Source: the human T2T-CHM13v2.0 reference genome, Homo sapiens. From it: a stretch of 64,000 nucleotides of DNA. The DNA is taken from the NCBI RefSeq assembly GCF_009914755.1, contig NC_060936.1; one strand, written 5' to 3'. The notes beneath the pieces were generated by a model. The model searched no databases. It was not told where the DNA came from and saw only the letters and a list, made by a program, of their open reading frames with translations. Position 1 is the first letter of the stretch. Each line of letters begins with the position of its first letter. The position numbers were made by a program, and so were the translations under genes. Below are positions 29,206 to 42,500 of the stretch, one piece after another.

Positions 29206-31349
29206 GATTTTGATCTTTTTAAATTTGTTAAGACTCATTTTGTAGCCTAATATATGGTCTATCTTGGAAAATGTTCAATGTGCCCTAGAGAAGAATGTGT
29301 TTCCTGTTGCTGTTGGATGAAAAGTTCTGTACATATTTGTTAGATCTATTTCCTCTGAAGTGCAGTTCAATTATAGTATTTTCTTATTACTTTTTGTCTA
29401 CTTGATCTGTTCATTGTTGAAAGTAACATACTGAAGTCCCCTTCTGTTATTGTATTGCTATCTATTTCTCTCTTCATGTCCATTAATATTGGCCTTATAT
29501 GTTTAGGTGCTCTAATGTTGGATTCATAGATACTTACAATTGCCATGTTCTCTTGGTGAATTGAATTCTTTATCATTAAATAATGAGTTGCTTTGTCTCT
29601 TGATCTGAAGTTTATTTTTTCTGATATAAATCAGCATAGCCATCCTGGATCTCTTTTGGTTATAATTTGCATGAAATGTCATTTTCTATCCCTTCAGTTT
29701 CATTCTATGTATGTCCTTAAAGCTATAGTGGATCTATTGTAGTTAGCATATAGTTGAATCTTGTTTATTTTTCTATTCATTCTGCCAGTTTATGAATTTT
29801 GACTGGATAATTTAATCAGTTTACATTTAAAGTAATTACTGATACATAAGGATTATTCCTGCCATTTTGTTGTTTTCTTGTTTTGTAGATTTTTTTTGTT
29901 TCTTTTTTCTTCTCTTTTTGCTTTGGTGATTTTCTGTAATGCCAAGCTTTTATTTCTTTTGATCATTTGTGTATTTACTATAGTTTTTTTCTTTGTGATT
30001 ACCATGAGGCTTACACAAAATATCAGAGTTAAAACAGACTATTTTACACTGATAACTTCAGTCACATACAAAAACTCCAGACTTTAACCCTACCCTCTAC
30101 AATTATATTTTTGATGTCACAATGTACATCTTTTTATGTTGTTCTTATCAACTTATTGTAGCTATACTTATTTCTGACTGTTTTGACTTTAACTTTCATA
30201 CTGGAGAGATAAAGGAGTTACAGACCACCATTACAGTATTGAAGGATTCTGAATTTTACTATATACTCACCAGTGAATTCCATACTTCCATGTGTTTTTA
30301 TGACAGTAATTATGGTCATTTTATTTCCAGTTGAAACGTTTGGATAAGCATTTCTTATAAAGCAAATCTAGTGCTGATGAATTACCTTTTTAATTTATTG
30401 ATGGAGTCCTTCAACACAGAAAAGTTTTACAATTTTAGTCATGTCAAATTATCTTTATTTTGCTGCTGATGTTGCTTATGCTTTTATTGTATCATGTTTA
30501 AGGGTCTCATCTAAGGTTACAAAGTTTACTTCTGTTTCTTTTAAGGCTTTCATAATTTTAGCTTTTGCATTTATGTATATTATTCATTTTTAATTTGGCA
30601 TATAAAGCAAGGTACATTTTAAAATACATTCTTTTGTCATCTAGTTGTCCCTGCACCAATTATTGAAAAGACTATTATTTCCCCCATTGTAATGTCTTGG
30701 TATCCTTGTTGAATATCAGTTGACCATAAATTGAGTGTTTATTCTGAAATTTCAAATCTTTTGAATTAATCTCTGTGCCTATCCTTATGCCAGAACCAAC
30801 CTGTCATGATTTCTAGTTTTATAGTAAGTTTTGAAACCAGGAAGAATAAAAGAGTAAGACTTTCAAGTTTGCTTTTTTTCTTCTTGAGACTATTTTGGCA
30901 ATTCAATTTTCTTTGCATTTCTAATTGAATTACAGAATCAGTTTGACTAATGCAGCCCCCCTCCACAAAAAAAAAGCCAGATGAGATTTTTATGAGAATT
31001 TTGCTTAATCTATAGAACAATTCAGATAAATTGCCATTTTAACAATGTTAATTCATTATGTCTATCCATTTGTTTAGATATTTATTTTTATAATATTTTA
31101 TAGTTTTTAGCATACAATTCTTGGTTAAATTTGTTCATAGACATTTCATTTGTTATGCTGCTGTAAAAAATGGGATTTTCTTTATTTAAATTTTAGATTG
31201 TTCATTACAATTGCTCATAGAAATTTAATTGATTTTTGTACACTGATCTTGTGACTTGCTTCATTGCTGAATTTGTCAGTTCTCGGTATTTCTAGTGGAT
31301 TCCTTAGGATTTTCTGTATACAAGATCATGTCATCTGCAAATAGGGATA

Positions 31350-31589
31350 CAAGTTGAGTATCCCTTATCTAAAATAAATGGCACCAGAGTGGTTTGGATG
31401 TCTGATTTATTTTTTGGAACTTTGGAACTTGCAAAATACATACCAATGGAGCAATCCACATTGCTAATCTGAAAATCTGAAATTCACAATGATCCAGTGA
31501 GCATTTCCTTTGAGCATCATATCAGTGCTCAAAATGTTTCAAATTTTGGAGCTTTTGAGTTTTCAAATTTTTGGATTAGTGATGTTCTG
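31350..31589. mobile_element. Tigger4a (MER46A) MITE
   Basis: TA + CAAGTTGAGTATCCCTTATC start, 'gagcatttcctttgagcatcat..cagtgctcaaaa' core, ~240 bp; right TIR eroded. Confidence 0.85.
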
Positions 31590-34055
31590 TCATTTCATTT
31601 TTTTCTTTATAAGTTTGAATGTTTTTTATTTGTTTTTCTTGACTAATTTTTCTGGCTAGATCCTCAAGTACAATGTTTAATAGGAGTCCTAAGAGTAGTT
31701 GTCTGTGTCTTTTTCCTGATTTTAGGCAGAAAACATTGTGTTGATTCATGTGTGGTGTTTGCTCTGGGTTTTGTTTTGTAGAGTCTTTTTATCTGCTTAA
31801 GAAGTTTCTTTCTATTCTTAATTTGAAGTATCTTTTTTTTAAAATTATGCAGGGTATTGGGTTTGGTCAAAGGCTTTTTCTGCATCTATTAAGATAAACA
31901 TGTGATTTTTGTTTAGTATATTACATTTTATTACATGTTAATTTATTATTTACTATTTTTAAGACAGTAAATAACCTTTGCAGTACTGAGATAAATCCAT
32001 ATACTAGTTGGTCATGGTAAATTATCCTTTTAAAATGTAGGATTCAGTTTGCTAACACTTTTTTTTGGTGGGTATTTAGTTTATATACTTAGAGGATCTT
32101 GTTCTATAGTGTTCTTTCCTTGTGATACATTTGTATATCGGTATCATAAAATGAGTTCAGATGTGTTCACTGTTTCTTTGAAAGAATTTGTAAATAATTG
32201 TTACCAATTCTTCTAAGATGTTGCTATAATTCACTTGTGAAGCCATCTGGACCTGGGCTTTATTTGTTGGATGTTTTAATATTACCAATTCAATCTATTC
32301 AGTCTCTTTGCTTGTTGTTAGTTTATTAATATTATGTACTTTTTTTGAGTCCATTTTTGTAGTTTGAGTCTTTCTATGAATTTGTCCATTTCATCTAGGT
32401 TGTCTTATTTTTGTAAGAAGTTCCCTGATTTCTTTCTTGACTTATTACTTTGAAACTTCTCTATTTTTTTTTCTTTTTTTTTGGTTAAAGTTGTCTTATT
32501 TTTATATCTTTTCAAAAAATCAACTTTTGATTTTATTGGCTTATTCTCTATTTTTCTCATCTCTATATTATATCATTAATTTCACTTTTGACTTTATTTC
32601 ATTTTTTCTGCTTGATTTAGAATTAGTTTGTACCTCCTTTTCTATTTTTTAATATTAAAGATTAGTTTAGCCATTTGAGACTGTAAAAAAAATATGTATT
32701 TGTAGCTGCAACTTTCCCTCTGAGAGCTGCTTTACCTGCCCATAAAATGTGATATATGTTGTGTTTTCATGTTTGTCGGAAAGTAATTTCACTTGTAATT
32801 TCAGTTATTGATTATTTAGATGTTGCCAGATTTTATTCTGTTATTGATTTCTACCTTAATTACATTGCAATTAGAGAACATTATTTGTATGGGTTTAATT
32901 CTATGAAATTTATTGAGCCTTGTTGTATGGCCCAGCATATGATCTATCCTGGAGAATTTACACTCTGAGTTTGAGAAAAATATATATTCTGCTGCTGGGT
33001 GGAGAATTCTATAGATGTCTGTTAGGGCTCCTTGGTTTACAGTGTTGTTCAATGTTTTTCTTTCTTTTTTGATCACCTTTCTAATTCTATACAGCATTGA
33101 AAATGAAGTTTTGAAGTCTTCAACTATTATTGTTGAATTGTCTAATTCTCAAATCAGTTATGTTGGTATTGCTTTATACATTTTGAGACTCAGTAAGTGC
33201 ATGTATGTTTATAATAGTATATCTTCCTGATTGATTGAACCTCTGATTATTATAAAATGTTCTTCTTTGCATCTGATAACAATTTTTTCCTTAATGGCTG
33301 TTTTGTCTGATATTAGTATAGCCACTGCCAGTTGCTATTTGATTTCTGTATATCTTCTATATTTTTCTCCTCTCTATTCTTCAATTCCCTTTATTGTTTT
33401 CAAATAAATATTTTCTCGTGTGTATCTTAAATTTTCTTGTTTCTTTTATAACTCTGTGGTCATTTTTCTGGTTATTCTCCTTGGGGAATATAATTAGCAT
33501 CTCAAAAGAATCTAGTTTGAATTAATACTAACATATTTTCAACATTATACAAATCCTTGCTCTAATTTCATCCTCCTTATGAATTTCATCATTAGATTAT
33601 AAATCAATGAAAAAAAATTTATAATTATTTGTGGATTTATAAAGCTATCCACTAAAATAAATAGAAGAAAAAAGATACCATTAAAATAAATTTATACTGA
33701 CTTTCATAATCATGGTATAATTACTTTTACTGGTACATTTTATTTCTTTGTATGAATTTGAATTACCATCAAATGCCCTTTCACCCTGAAGACCTCCCTT
33801 AAGTATTTCTTAAAGGGTAGATTTGCTAGCAATGAATTCTGTCAGTTTTTATTTATCTGAAAATGTCTTAATCTATCCATTTTGAATGGTAAATTAGCTA
33901 GATATAGAATTCTTGGTTGATAGTCTTTTTCTTGCAAAACAATGAAGATACTATCCCACTGTCCTTTTGGTTCAATGGCTTCTAATAAAAAGTCTATTAA
34001 TCTTATTGAGTGTTCTTATGTATGTCATTATTCTCCTGCTGCTTTCAGGATTTTA

Positions 34056-34060
<5 letters not shown>

Positions 34061-34094
<34 letters not shown>
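34061..34094. repeat. (GT)17 microsatellite
   Basis: Directly visible, uninterrupted. Confidence 0.97.
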
Positions 34095-34098
<4 letters not shown>

Positions 34099-34861
34099 CA
34101 ATTTGCCTAAGATGTGTCTTGGTATAGATTTCTGAGTATATTCTACTTGAGCTTCTTTAATGAGTGGACTAGTATTTTTCATCAACTTTATCAAGTCTTT
34201 GGCTATCATTTCTTCAAATAATTTTCCTGCCTTTTTATCTTTTTCTTTTGGAACTCTCATTAAGTATACATTGGTATGCTCGGTGGTGTCCCACAGGTCT
34301 GTGAGGCTCTGCAGTCACTTTCTTCATTTTCTTTGATTCTGTTTTTATAGAATCTTTTTTTTTCTGCTGGCTCAAATCTGTTGTTTGTTCCAGCTGGCAA
34401 ATTTTCATTTCATTGTAATTTCAGCTATAGAATTTCTATTTGGTCTTTTAAAATAACTTCATCACTATTGATATTTATATTCTCTATTTTGATGAGATAT
34501 CTTTGTCATACTTTGATTATTTAGGCATGGTTTTATCACTTTAAACAATTATAATTGTTGATAATAGTCTTTGTCTACTAATTCCAATATCTGAGCCTCA
34601 CTTTGGGACATTTTCCATTGCCTGCTTTCCCCAACCCTCACCATCATGCATGAGATGTACTTCCTTGTTTATTTGCATGTCTCATAATTTTTGCTGAAAA
34701 CTGGACATTTGGATAATGTATCAACTTTGGTATCAGATTTATTAATTCTCTAACATTTGTTTTTGCTATTCCTGTTTTTCTTTTTCCTGCTTATTGTTCA
34801 GCAACTTTCCTGAAATAATTCTGTAGCTTCTAAATTTTCTGCAGTTTGTGGACTCCAAGTT

Positions 34862-37347
34862 TGGTTCTGCTGTGTCCCCACCCAAATATCAACTTGAATT
34901 GTATCACCCACATTATCATATAATGTGGGAGGGACCTAGGGGGATGTAATTGAATCATGGGGGCTGGTGTTTCCCCTGCTATTCTTGTGATAGTGAATAA
35001 GCCTCACAAGATCTGTTGAGTTTATCAGGGGTTTCCTCTTTGCTTTTCTCTCATTTTTCTCTTGCTGCCACCATATAAGAAGTGCCTTCTGCCTCCCACC
35101 ATGATTCTGAGGCCTCCTAAGCCATGTGGAACTGCAAGTCCAATTAAACCTCTTTTTGTTCCCAGTTTCCGGTATGTCTCTATCAGCAGTGTGAAAATGG
35201 ACTAATACATTGAATTGATACCAGGAGAGTGGGGTGTTTCTGAAAAGATACCCAAAAATGTGGAAGCAACTTTGAAACTGGGTAACAGGCAGAGATTGGA
35301 ACACTCTGGAGGGCTCAGAGGAAGACAGGAACATGTGGGAAACATTGGAACCTCCTAGAGACTTGAATGGCTCTGACAAAAATGATAGTGATATTAACAA
35401 TAAGGTCCAGGCTGAGGTGGTTTCAGATGGAGAAGAGGAACTTGTTGGAAACTGGAGCAAAGGTGACTCTTGTTACATTTTAGCAGAGACTCACCTAGCC
35501 TCCCAGACTACATCTTTCTCCCATGCTGGATTCTTCCTGCCCTCAAACATTGCACTCCAAGTTCTTCAGTTTTGGCACTCAGACTGGCTCTTCTTTCTCC
35601 TCAGCTTCCAGATAGCCTATTGTGGGACCTTGTGATCCCACAATATATAAGATATATATCTTACTAGTTTTATCCCTCTAGAGAACCCTGATTAATACAA
35701 ATTTTGATACCAGGATTTTGCCCCTGCCCTAGAGATTTGTGGAACTTTGAAATTGAAAGGGATGATTTTTAGGGTATTTGAGGAAGAAATTTCTAAGCAG
35801 CAGAGCATTCAAAAGGTGACTTGGGTGCTGTTAAAAGCATTCCATTTAAAGAGGGAAACAGAGTATAAATGTTCAGGAAATTTGAAGCCTGATGATGCAG
35901 TAGAGAACAAAACAATTTTTTGAGGAGAAATTCAAGCTGGCTGTAGAAATTTGCATAGGTAGCAAGCAGCCTAATGTTAATCCCCAAGACCATGGGGAAA
36001 ATGTCTCCAGGCCATGTCAGAGACCTTCATGGCAGCCCCTCCCATCACAGGTTCAGAGGCCCAGGAGGAAAAAGTGGTTTCATATGCTGGGCCCAGGATC
36101 CACGTGCTGTGTGCAGCCTAGGGACTTGGTGTCCTGTGTCCCAGTTGCTCCAGACGTGGCCGAAAGGGGTCCATGTACAACTCAGCTGTGACTTCAGAGG
36201 GTGGAAGCCCCAAGCCTTGGCAGCTTCCACATGGCGTTGAGCCTGCAGGTGCACAGAAGTCAAGAATTGAGGTTTGGGAACCTCCACCAAGATTTCAGAA
36301 GTTGTATGGAAATGCCTGGATGCCCAGGGAAAGGTTTGCTGTAGGGGTGGGGCCCTCTTGAAGAACCTCTGCTGGGGCAGTGTGGAAGGAAAATGTGGTG
36401 TTGGAGCCCTCACACAGACCCTCTTCTGGGACACTACCTGGTGTAGCTGTGAGAATAGGGCCATCATACTCCCGACCCCAGAATGGTAGATCCACTGGCA
36501 GCTTGCACTGTGCACCTGGAAAAGCCACAGACACTCAAAGCCAGCCCATGAAAGCAGCCAGGAGGGAGGCTGTATCCTGCCAAGCCACAAGGCAGAGCTG
36601 CACAGTACCATGGGAACCCACCTTTTGCATCAGCATGACTTGGACATGAGACCTGGAGTCAAAGAAGATCATTTTGGAGCTTTAAAATGTGACTGCCCTG
36701 CTGGATTTTGGACTTGCATGGGCCCTGTAACCCCTTGGTGTTGGCCAATTTCTCCCAGTTGGAATGGCTGTATTTACCCAGTATCTGTACCCCTGTTTTA
36801 CCTAGGAAGTAACTAGCTTCCCTTTGATTTTACAGGCTCCTGGGCAGAAGAGACTTGCCCTGTCTCAGATGAAACTTTGGTCTGTAGACTTTTGGGTTAA
36901 TGCTGAAATGAGTTAAGACTCTAGGGGACTGTTGTGAAGGCATTATTGGTTTTGAAATGTGAGGACATGAGATTTTGTAGAGGTCAGGGGTGGAATGATA
37001 TAGTTTGGCTGTGTCCCCATCCAAATCTCAACTTGAATCATATCTCCCAGAATTCCCAGAAGTTGTGGGAGGGATCCATGGGGAGGTAATTGAATCATGG
37101 AGGCTGGTCTTTTTCATGCTATTCTTGTGATAGTGAATAAGCCTCACAAGATCTGATGGGTTTATCAGGTGTTTCCTCTTTTGCTTCTCTCTCATTTTTC
37201 TCTTGCCGCTGCCAGAGAAGTGCCTTCCACCTCCCACCATAATTCTGAGGCCTCCCCAGTCATGTGGAACTGTAAGTCTGATTAAACCTCTTTTTGTTCC
37301 CAGTTTTGGGTATGTCTTTATCAGCAGCATGAACATTGACTAATACA
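34862..37347 (+). mobile_element. THE1A provirus: 5'LTR ~34862-35209, internal 35210-36995 (with MLT2A insert), 3'LTR 36996-37347
   Basis: THE1A-type LTR text ('caacttgaatt', 'tttatcaggggtttcc', 'aaacctctttttgttcccag'); internal region colinear with the THE1B internal at 7937-9512; first ~5 bp of the 5'LTR and the TSD are missing. Confidence 0.95.
35492..35715 (+). mobile_element. MLT2A1/2 (HERV-L LTR) 3' half plus the first ~16 nt of leader, embedded in THE1A-int
   Basis: 'cctagcctcccagactacatctttctcccatgctgga...ccctctagagaaccctgattaataca' then 'aattttgataccagga'; absent from the homologous THE1B internal (~8215-8240). Confidence 0.88.
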
Positions 37348-38056
37348 GAGGGTTTTTGTTTTAAGTTATTTTTAAGTTTGTGTTCTAGGTGTCACATCTG
37401 GGTCAGTATAATTCAGTAGTCTGCTAATGATCTATCAGATTTTTAAATGACTTTATGTTTCCTGCTTTTTGCCAGAGGATCTGTGTGAGAAGGTTATTTC
37501 AAACTTCACACATTTTGTACACAACCTTAGATTTTACTTCTGGGTTATGCAGGCTTTAAGGCCAATCAAAGGTGTGCAACTGGTGCCTTTTTCTGTTTCA
37601 TCTTTCTTTAGCATGTACACATTTTTCTAGAACCTCCAAAATATGACTGATGACCTTTTTTAAAGTTCCCTAGTCATGTAGTTCTCCAGGTTATCCTTTT
37701 AAATTACTTACTACACCCCTATTTTTCCTAACTAAAATCATATTCTTAGGTAGCTGAGAACTTGGCAGTGGCTCATTATTGATTCAGTAATGTATCGGAG
37801 GTTTGCTTACCTTTCTTCTGACAAATTAACAGATGACTGAATGGTATGATTAAATTACCAGTTATTTCCTAGAATTGTCTATGCTACTATTGTTGTCTAT
37901 GAGAACTGCTAATTATTGGCTTCCTTTCATATGCATTAAGTTCATGAGATCCTAATTATGATGTTGAAACATACAGACATTTATCTTGCCAGGCACTGTT
38001 CTAGGGACTTGGTACATAAATAATAAAATTTATTTGGAAACTATTAATTAAATTTT

Positions 38057-38147
38057 GTATATTTAAAAAACTTTTGAGGGTGCATAGTAGGTGTATGTAT
38101 TTATGGGGTACATGAGATGTTTTGATACAGGCATGCAATGTGAAATA
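38057..38147 (-). mobile_element. L1MA1-3-like 3' terminal fragment
   Basis: 'atagtaggtgtatgtatttatggggtacatgagatgttttgatacaggcatgcaatgtgaaata'. Confidence 0.8.
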
Positions 38148-38907
38148 TAGAAGCCATTTATTGAGTATATGTTCAACCCAGTGCTTGCCTGAGGATACAG
38201 AAACGACATATATGTGAATTTTAGAAAACATTAATGCATTTTTATTAAAAACTTATTTTAAAATATTAAACTACACATCATCAGTCCTCATTTATCTAGC
38301 TTGCAACCTCATAACCAGTGGGAGATAGGCAGGGGGATGGACAGAACTTATGGAAAATACCAGGATTTTATCTTATGTTTATTACTCATAGGTAGGCTGA
38401 AATCCAGATCCACTAATTACATTACTTTCTGCGTGTGTGGTTTTTAGATTTCTACAGTCTTTCTCTTAAGATTTAGGAATATAGAAACCATGTCTTCATC
38501 ACTGGTGCTTCCCTTACTCTCTAGCATAGTTAGTGTTTACTGTATATTTTGCTCAATGAATGAATGCTACCTTAGAGCTGCCTGCCTTAAGCAGGCACAA
38601 TAATTTTTTTTCTCATATGATAGATTGCAAAAGACTCACACAGAGTAAATCAGTGGAATGTAGAAAACTGCTAAAGCCTTCTTCCTTAGAATATTTGTCA
38701 CCACTAGTTGTGAATGTCTTTTCTATTCAACAATTTGCCATGGTTATTATTCTTTTTAAGGCAGATACCACTTTAAGAATTCAGCAAGATATATGTGGGC
38801 ACTTTCCCTAGGGTGAGAGAAGGATTACATTTATTTATCCCTACACAATCTTTTTCAAACAGTTTTGTGGTTATGAGGGAGAACATTAGATCAATAACCC
38901 ATTAAGC

Positions 38908-39315
38908 GGTATTAGTTAAGGCTAGTTTTGCTGTAATATTAGAAGTTGTGAAATCATTAAAACAAGCAAAGCTTCTCTTGTATTCACATTTAGATTCAAT
39001 GCTTAAGAATTAGTTACAGCTCTAGTACCTGTGCCTTTTCACTCTGGGGTTCAGTATGAAGAAGCAGTGTCTTTCTAGGACACGCTATTCATGTGGTAGA
39101 GGGAAAATAATATGTTTGCAAATAGCATTGTTCACATCCACTCACTTGTCATTGGCCAAAGGAAGTCACCTTGGAAAGTCTTATGTTAATGGAATGGGGA
39201 GGTACAATTCTCCCATAGGAGGAGGAACCACTAGGTACATAGCTAAGCTGGACTTTGGTAGTCTTCCCAAAGGGCAAGGCAGCAATAATAGAAGTTACTA
39301 CAAAACCTATCCATA
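38908..39315 (-). mobile_element. Old MLT1 (J/K-like) LTR remnant
   Basis: 'gtattagttaaggcta' start; 'cattggccaaaggaagtcac...ggaggtacaattctccc'. Confidence 0.5.
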
Positions 39316-39350
39316 GCCTTAAATAAGAACTTATCACTCTTTTCCCTATG

Positions 39351-39770
39351 TATATTAGTTAGGGTTCTCCAGAGAAGCAGAACAAATAGGGTATATGTAT
39401 GCTTCTACAGAGAGTAATTTGTTTTAAGGAATTGGTTCATGAGAATGTAGAGACTGATAAGTCCAAACTCTGTGGTACAAGTCTAAGGGCTGTCAGACTG
39501 GAGACTGAAGGAAAAGCTGATATTTGCAACTCAAGTCTGAAGGGTGTCTGCTGACCCTCACTTGTGGGGAGGGTCAGTCTTTTTGTTTGTTCAGGCCTTC
39601 ACCTGATTTATGAGGCCAACCCACATTGCTCAGGACAATCCGCTGGACTTAAAGTCCATCATCTTAAATATTAATCTCATCTAAAAAAACACCTTATAGA
39701 AACATCCAGAATGTTTGACCACATATCTGGGTACCATGGTCCAGCCAAATAGACAAATAAAATTACCACA
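39351..39770 (-). mobile_element. MLT2C/D-like (ERVL) solo LTR
   Basis: 'tattagttagggttctccagagaagcagaac' to 'aaataaaattaccaca'; near-TSD CTATG/CAATG. Confidence 0.85.
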
Positions 39771-40869
39771 CAATGTATATAGCTGGTCTAGCTTATTTAT
39801 GTATCTAAGTCATATAATATGAAAAGGTTAGCCCTCACAAGAGATACATTGATCATTTACTTCAATTATGACACTATTCTTAGCATTGGAAGAGATTCAA
39901 GATACATAAAAGATACATAAAATTATTCCTACTGTTTCATATGGCCGGAGTCTTGAGTGCTTTTTAAATTGCTATATTGCTAGTATTTAGAATATTTCTC
40001 TGCAACATAGAACAAGCTCTTAAATATTTTATTAATGAAAGAAAAATTAACAACATTAGCTGGTACACCCCAAGGAGAATACAAGTAGCTGCAAAAGAAG
40101 CAGGGGTATATTAAGTGTCAAAATAAAGGTCAACCATATTCTAGGGGAAGCCAAAAGAAGGATAAAAATAGAGTTGCAGATATTGGTAATATTTAAGATA
40201 CTCTGACATTTAGATAGAAGTCGAATCATGTAGAGAGAAGGAGAAAATATGTGGAGAACATAATACAAACAAGGCACTAAAGTATAAGGGGGAATATCAA
40301 ATTTGGCTTGCTTGAATAAACTTGCAAAAATAATTTGGTGCCTGGGAAATGTGAGAGAAAGTTGGGAAAATAAGTTGGATAACCATAGTGCGTGGTTCCT
40401 CCTAGTAGTAAAATGACGTGATTGATATTATCTTTAAGGAAGGTTTTTCTTACAGTTGTTCAAAGAATAGGCTGTGCCTGAAATTCTTGAAATCAAAATA
40501 GTTATAAGGAAGGAAGCTACTGCACTCCAAGCTTGACCTGTGTGGTGGTAGGGGAAGAGTAAACATGTTACCAACAGGAGGCACTGCAGTAAGAGTTGCC
40601 AAGTCCCAAGAATGCTGAACTAGACAATTCTAGTTCAGGGAGGAGGAATATCCAGTCTTTATTTGCTTTCTAAAACCTATATTGCCCATAATAAATGAAA
40701 ATAATATATCTGATTAAAAGAGAATGACAGTTTTGCTCCACTTGGGTACAGTTTTGGGATGCCAGAAAAATGAGACACTGGAGAAACCAATTAAAGACAC
40801 AAAATGAAAATTTTAAGTGAAACCTTAAAAATAGCTTTGATTGGACATAAAAAAATAACTCTAGGCTTT

Positions 40870-41480
40870 AAAAATGTTGACATTTCTTTGGATGTCTGAA
40901 AAGAAACACAAGGTAATTAGGTTAAAAATTGGTAGTATAGGTACAACCCTTTGGAATAATTCAAATTTAAATGTGAATGTTACATAATCCAGAAGTTCTT
41001 CTACTTGGTATCCACTCAAGCAACAAACTTACCATCTACTTCCAAAAGCAGGGTAGTCACTACAGCATTATTGAAATAAACACTTTGAAGAGACAAAAAT
41101 ATGCGTTAATGAGAATAATAATCCATTCTGTAGATTATGTAACAGTTGAAAAGAATAAAGTGCCATGATATATTTCTAAGATATTATTTGTAATGTTCAT
41201 GTTGTAAAGCCTAAGATATTTGTAATATTTATGTTGTAAAACCCTCATATACCAATAATACATGTTTTCCTATGGGTGCACATATGGATGTAAATGCACA
41301 GAAATGCACACAATAGAATAGATATGTAAAAATAACAGTGATTACATATGTAAAAATAACAATGGTTATATCTGAGGAGTAAAATTAATGATGATGTAAA
41401 TGAGACTTTAGATTTTCTGTAACATGCTGATTTTTAATAAGATTATATTCATATATTACTTGGGTAATTAAAAAACAAAT
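40870..41480 (+). mobile_element. L1ME-like 3' remnant with local tandem duplications
   Basis: 'ggtacaaccctttgga', 'ctacttggtatccactc', A-rich end; highly diverged. Confidence 0.5.
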
Positions 41481-42264
41481 GTATAGAGGAGAAATGTAAT
41501 TGAGACAGAAAAATATTAATCTTGTATGTGCCTTAGCAAAGACGAAAATACATTATAAATTTAAAGCTCTGAAGCAATTAATCAGAGACAGTCTCTATTG
41601 TCACTTTGTACTGAGAGTTGCTAAAAAAAATGCCATGTGAAAGAGCAATCTTGAAATCAAAGTACTGAAATAAAAGCAAATTACAAATATTGGAGAGTTG
41701 GCAGGAAAGAAATGGTAAATTATTGGCAAATACAAATGTGAATTTCTGAATTCTAATTGGGCAGAGTAATTGGCTAGATCAATTAGTTGTCATGGTGGTT
41801 TGGAAAGTGGAATGATATTTTAGACTATTCGTGCTAAGGCTAAAAACTACAGATGCCTTTTTTCGGGGATTGCACACATAACTGAAAAATCACACACGCT
41901 AAAGATTTAATTATGAAATGAAAAACAAACATTTGTTCCATTTTCTGCCAGGTTTTGACCTAGAAAATACTGCTATGATTTGTGAAACAATCTCAACTCT
42001 TTTTTTAAAACATATTAAATATAATGTTTTAAATATGTGGAGGATTATTCTTAAACACAACCTAGGTCAGTAATAGTAAGTTCAAAGTTACTATATAAGA
42101 AAATACATCCAATAGAATATGGTTTACTACAAAAATTAAACATTTGCGACAGAAGATGAAAATAACAAAATTGAGTACTATAGGGTTTTTTCCCCTTCTC
42201 TTGCCCTTTGTTTTTAAGCAGAGTGTTACAGTGTTGTGAAATAAGCAAGAGATGATAGAAGATG

Positions 42265-42500
42265 ATGGAATCACAAAATCTCAGGATCTAAAGGTGATCT
42301 AACATACATGATCACTCTATTTCTCTCACCTCTCCAGCCCTCCATCAACTTGAATGCTTTGAGTTCATCTGTACTATGTGCTTGAATAGCTCTAGCCTTG
42401 GGGAATTTATTCTCAGTAGCCAGAATTCTACCCTTGAATTCCATCGTGGAATAGTCAACGTAGTCAGGAACATTTTAGTTTCCTTATGTCCTGGTCTTTA
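42265..42500. mobile_element. L3/CR1-like remnant
   Basis: 'atcacaaaatctcagga..aaaggtgatct' and 'tgcttgaatagctctag..tggggaattta' resemble CR1/L3. Confidence 0.35.

Larger units (their letters stand above)
30390..37800 (-). mobile_element. Ancient L1MB/MC-like element (ORF2, ORF1, 5' region), interrupted by Tigger4a and THE1A
   Basis: Degenerate ORF2/ORF1 peptides (30766..31020; 32816..33097 TDIYRILHP...FSRIDHMLGH; 34045..34260); assignment of 37348-37800 is less certain. Confidence 0.75.

Noticed and set aside
42219-42293. Strong pyrimidine tract/AG with ATG-initiated frame as first coding exon for the 46972 exon
   Set aside because: Weak donor (AAG|gtgatc), phase mismatch gives an immediate stop, and it overlaps an L3-like relic; it could only be non-coding.
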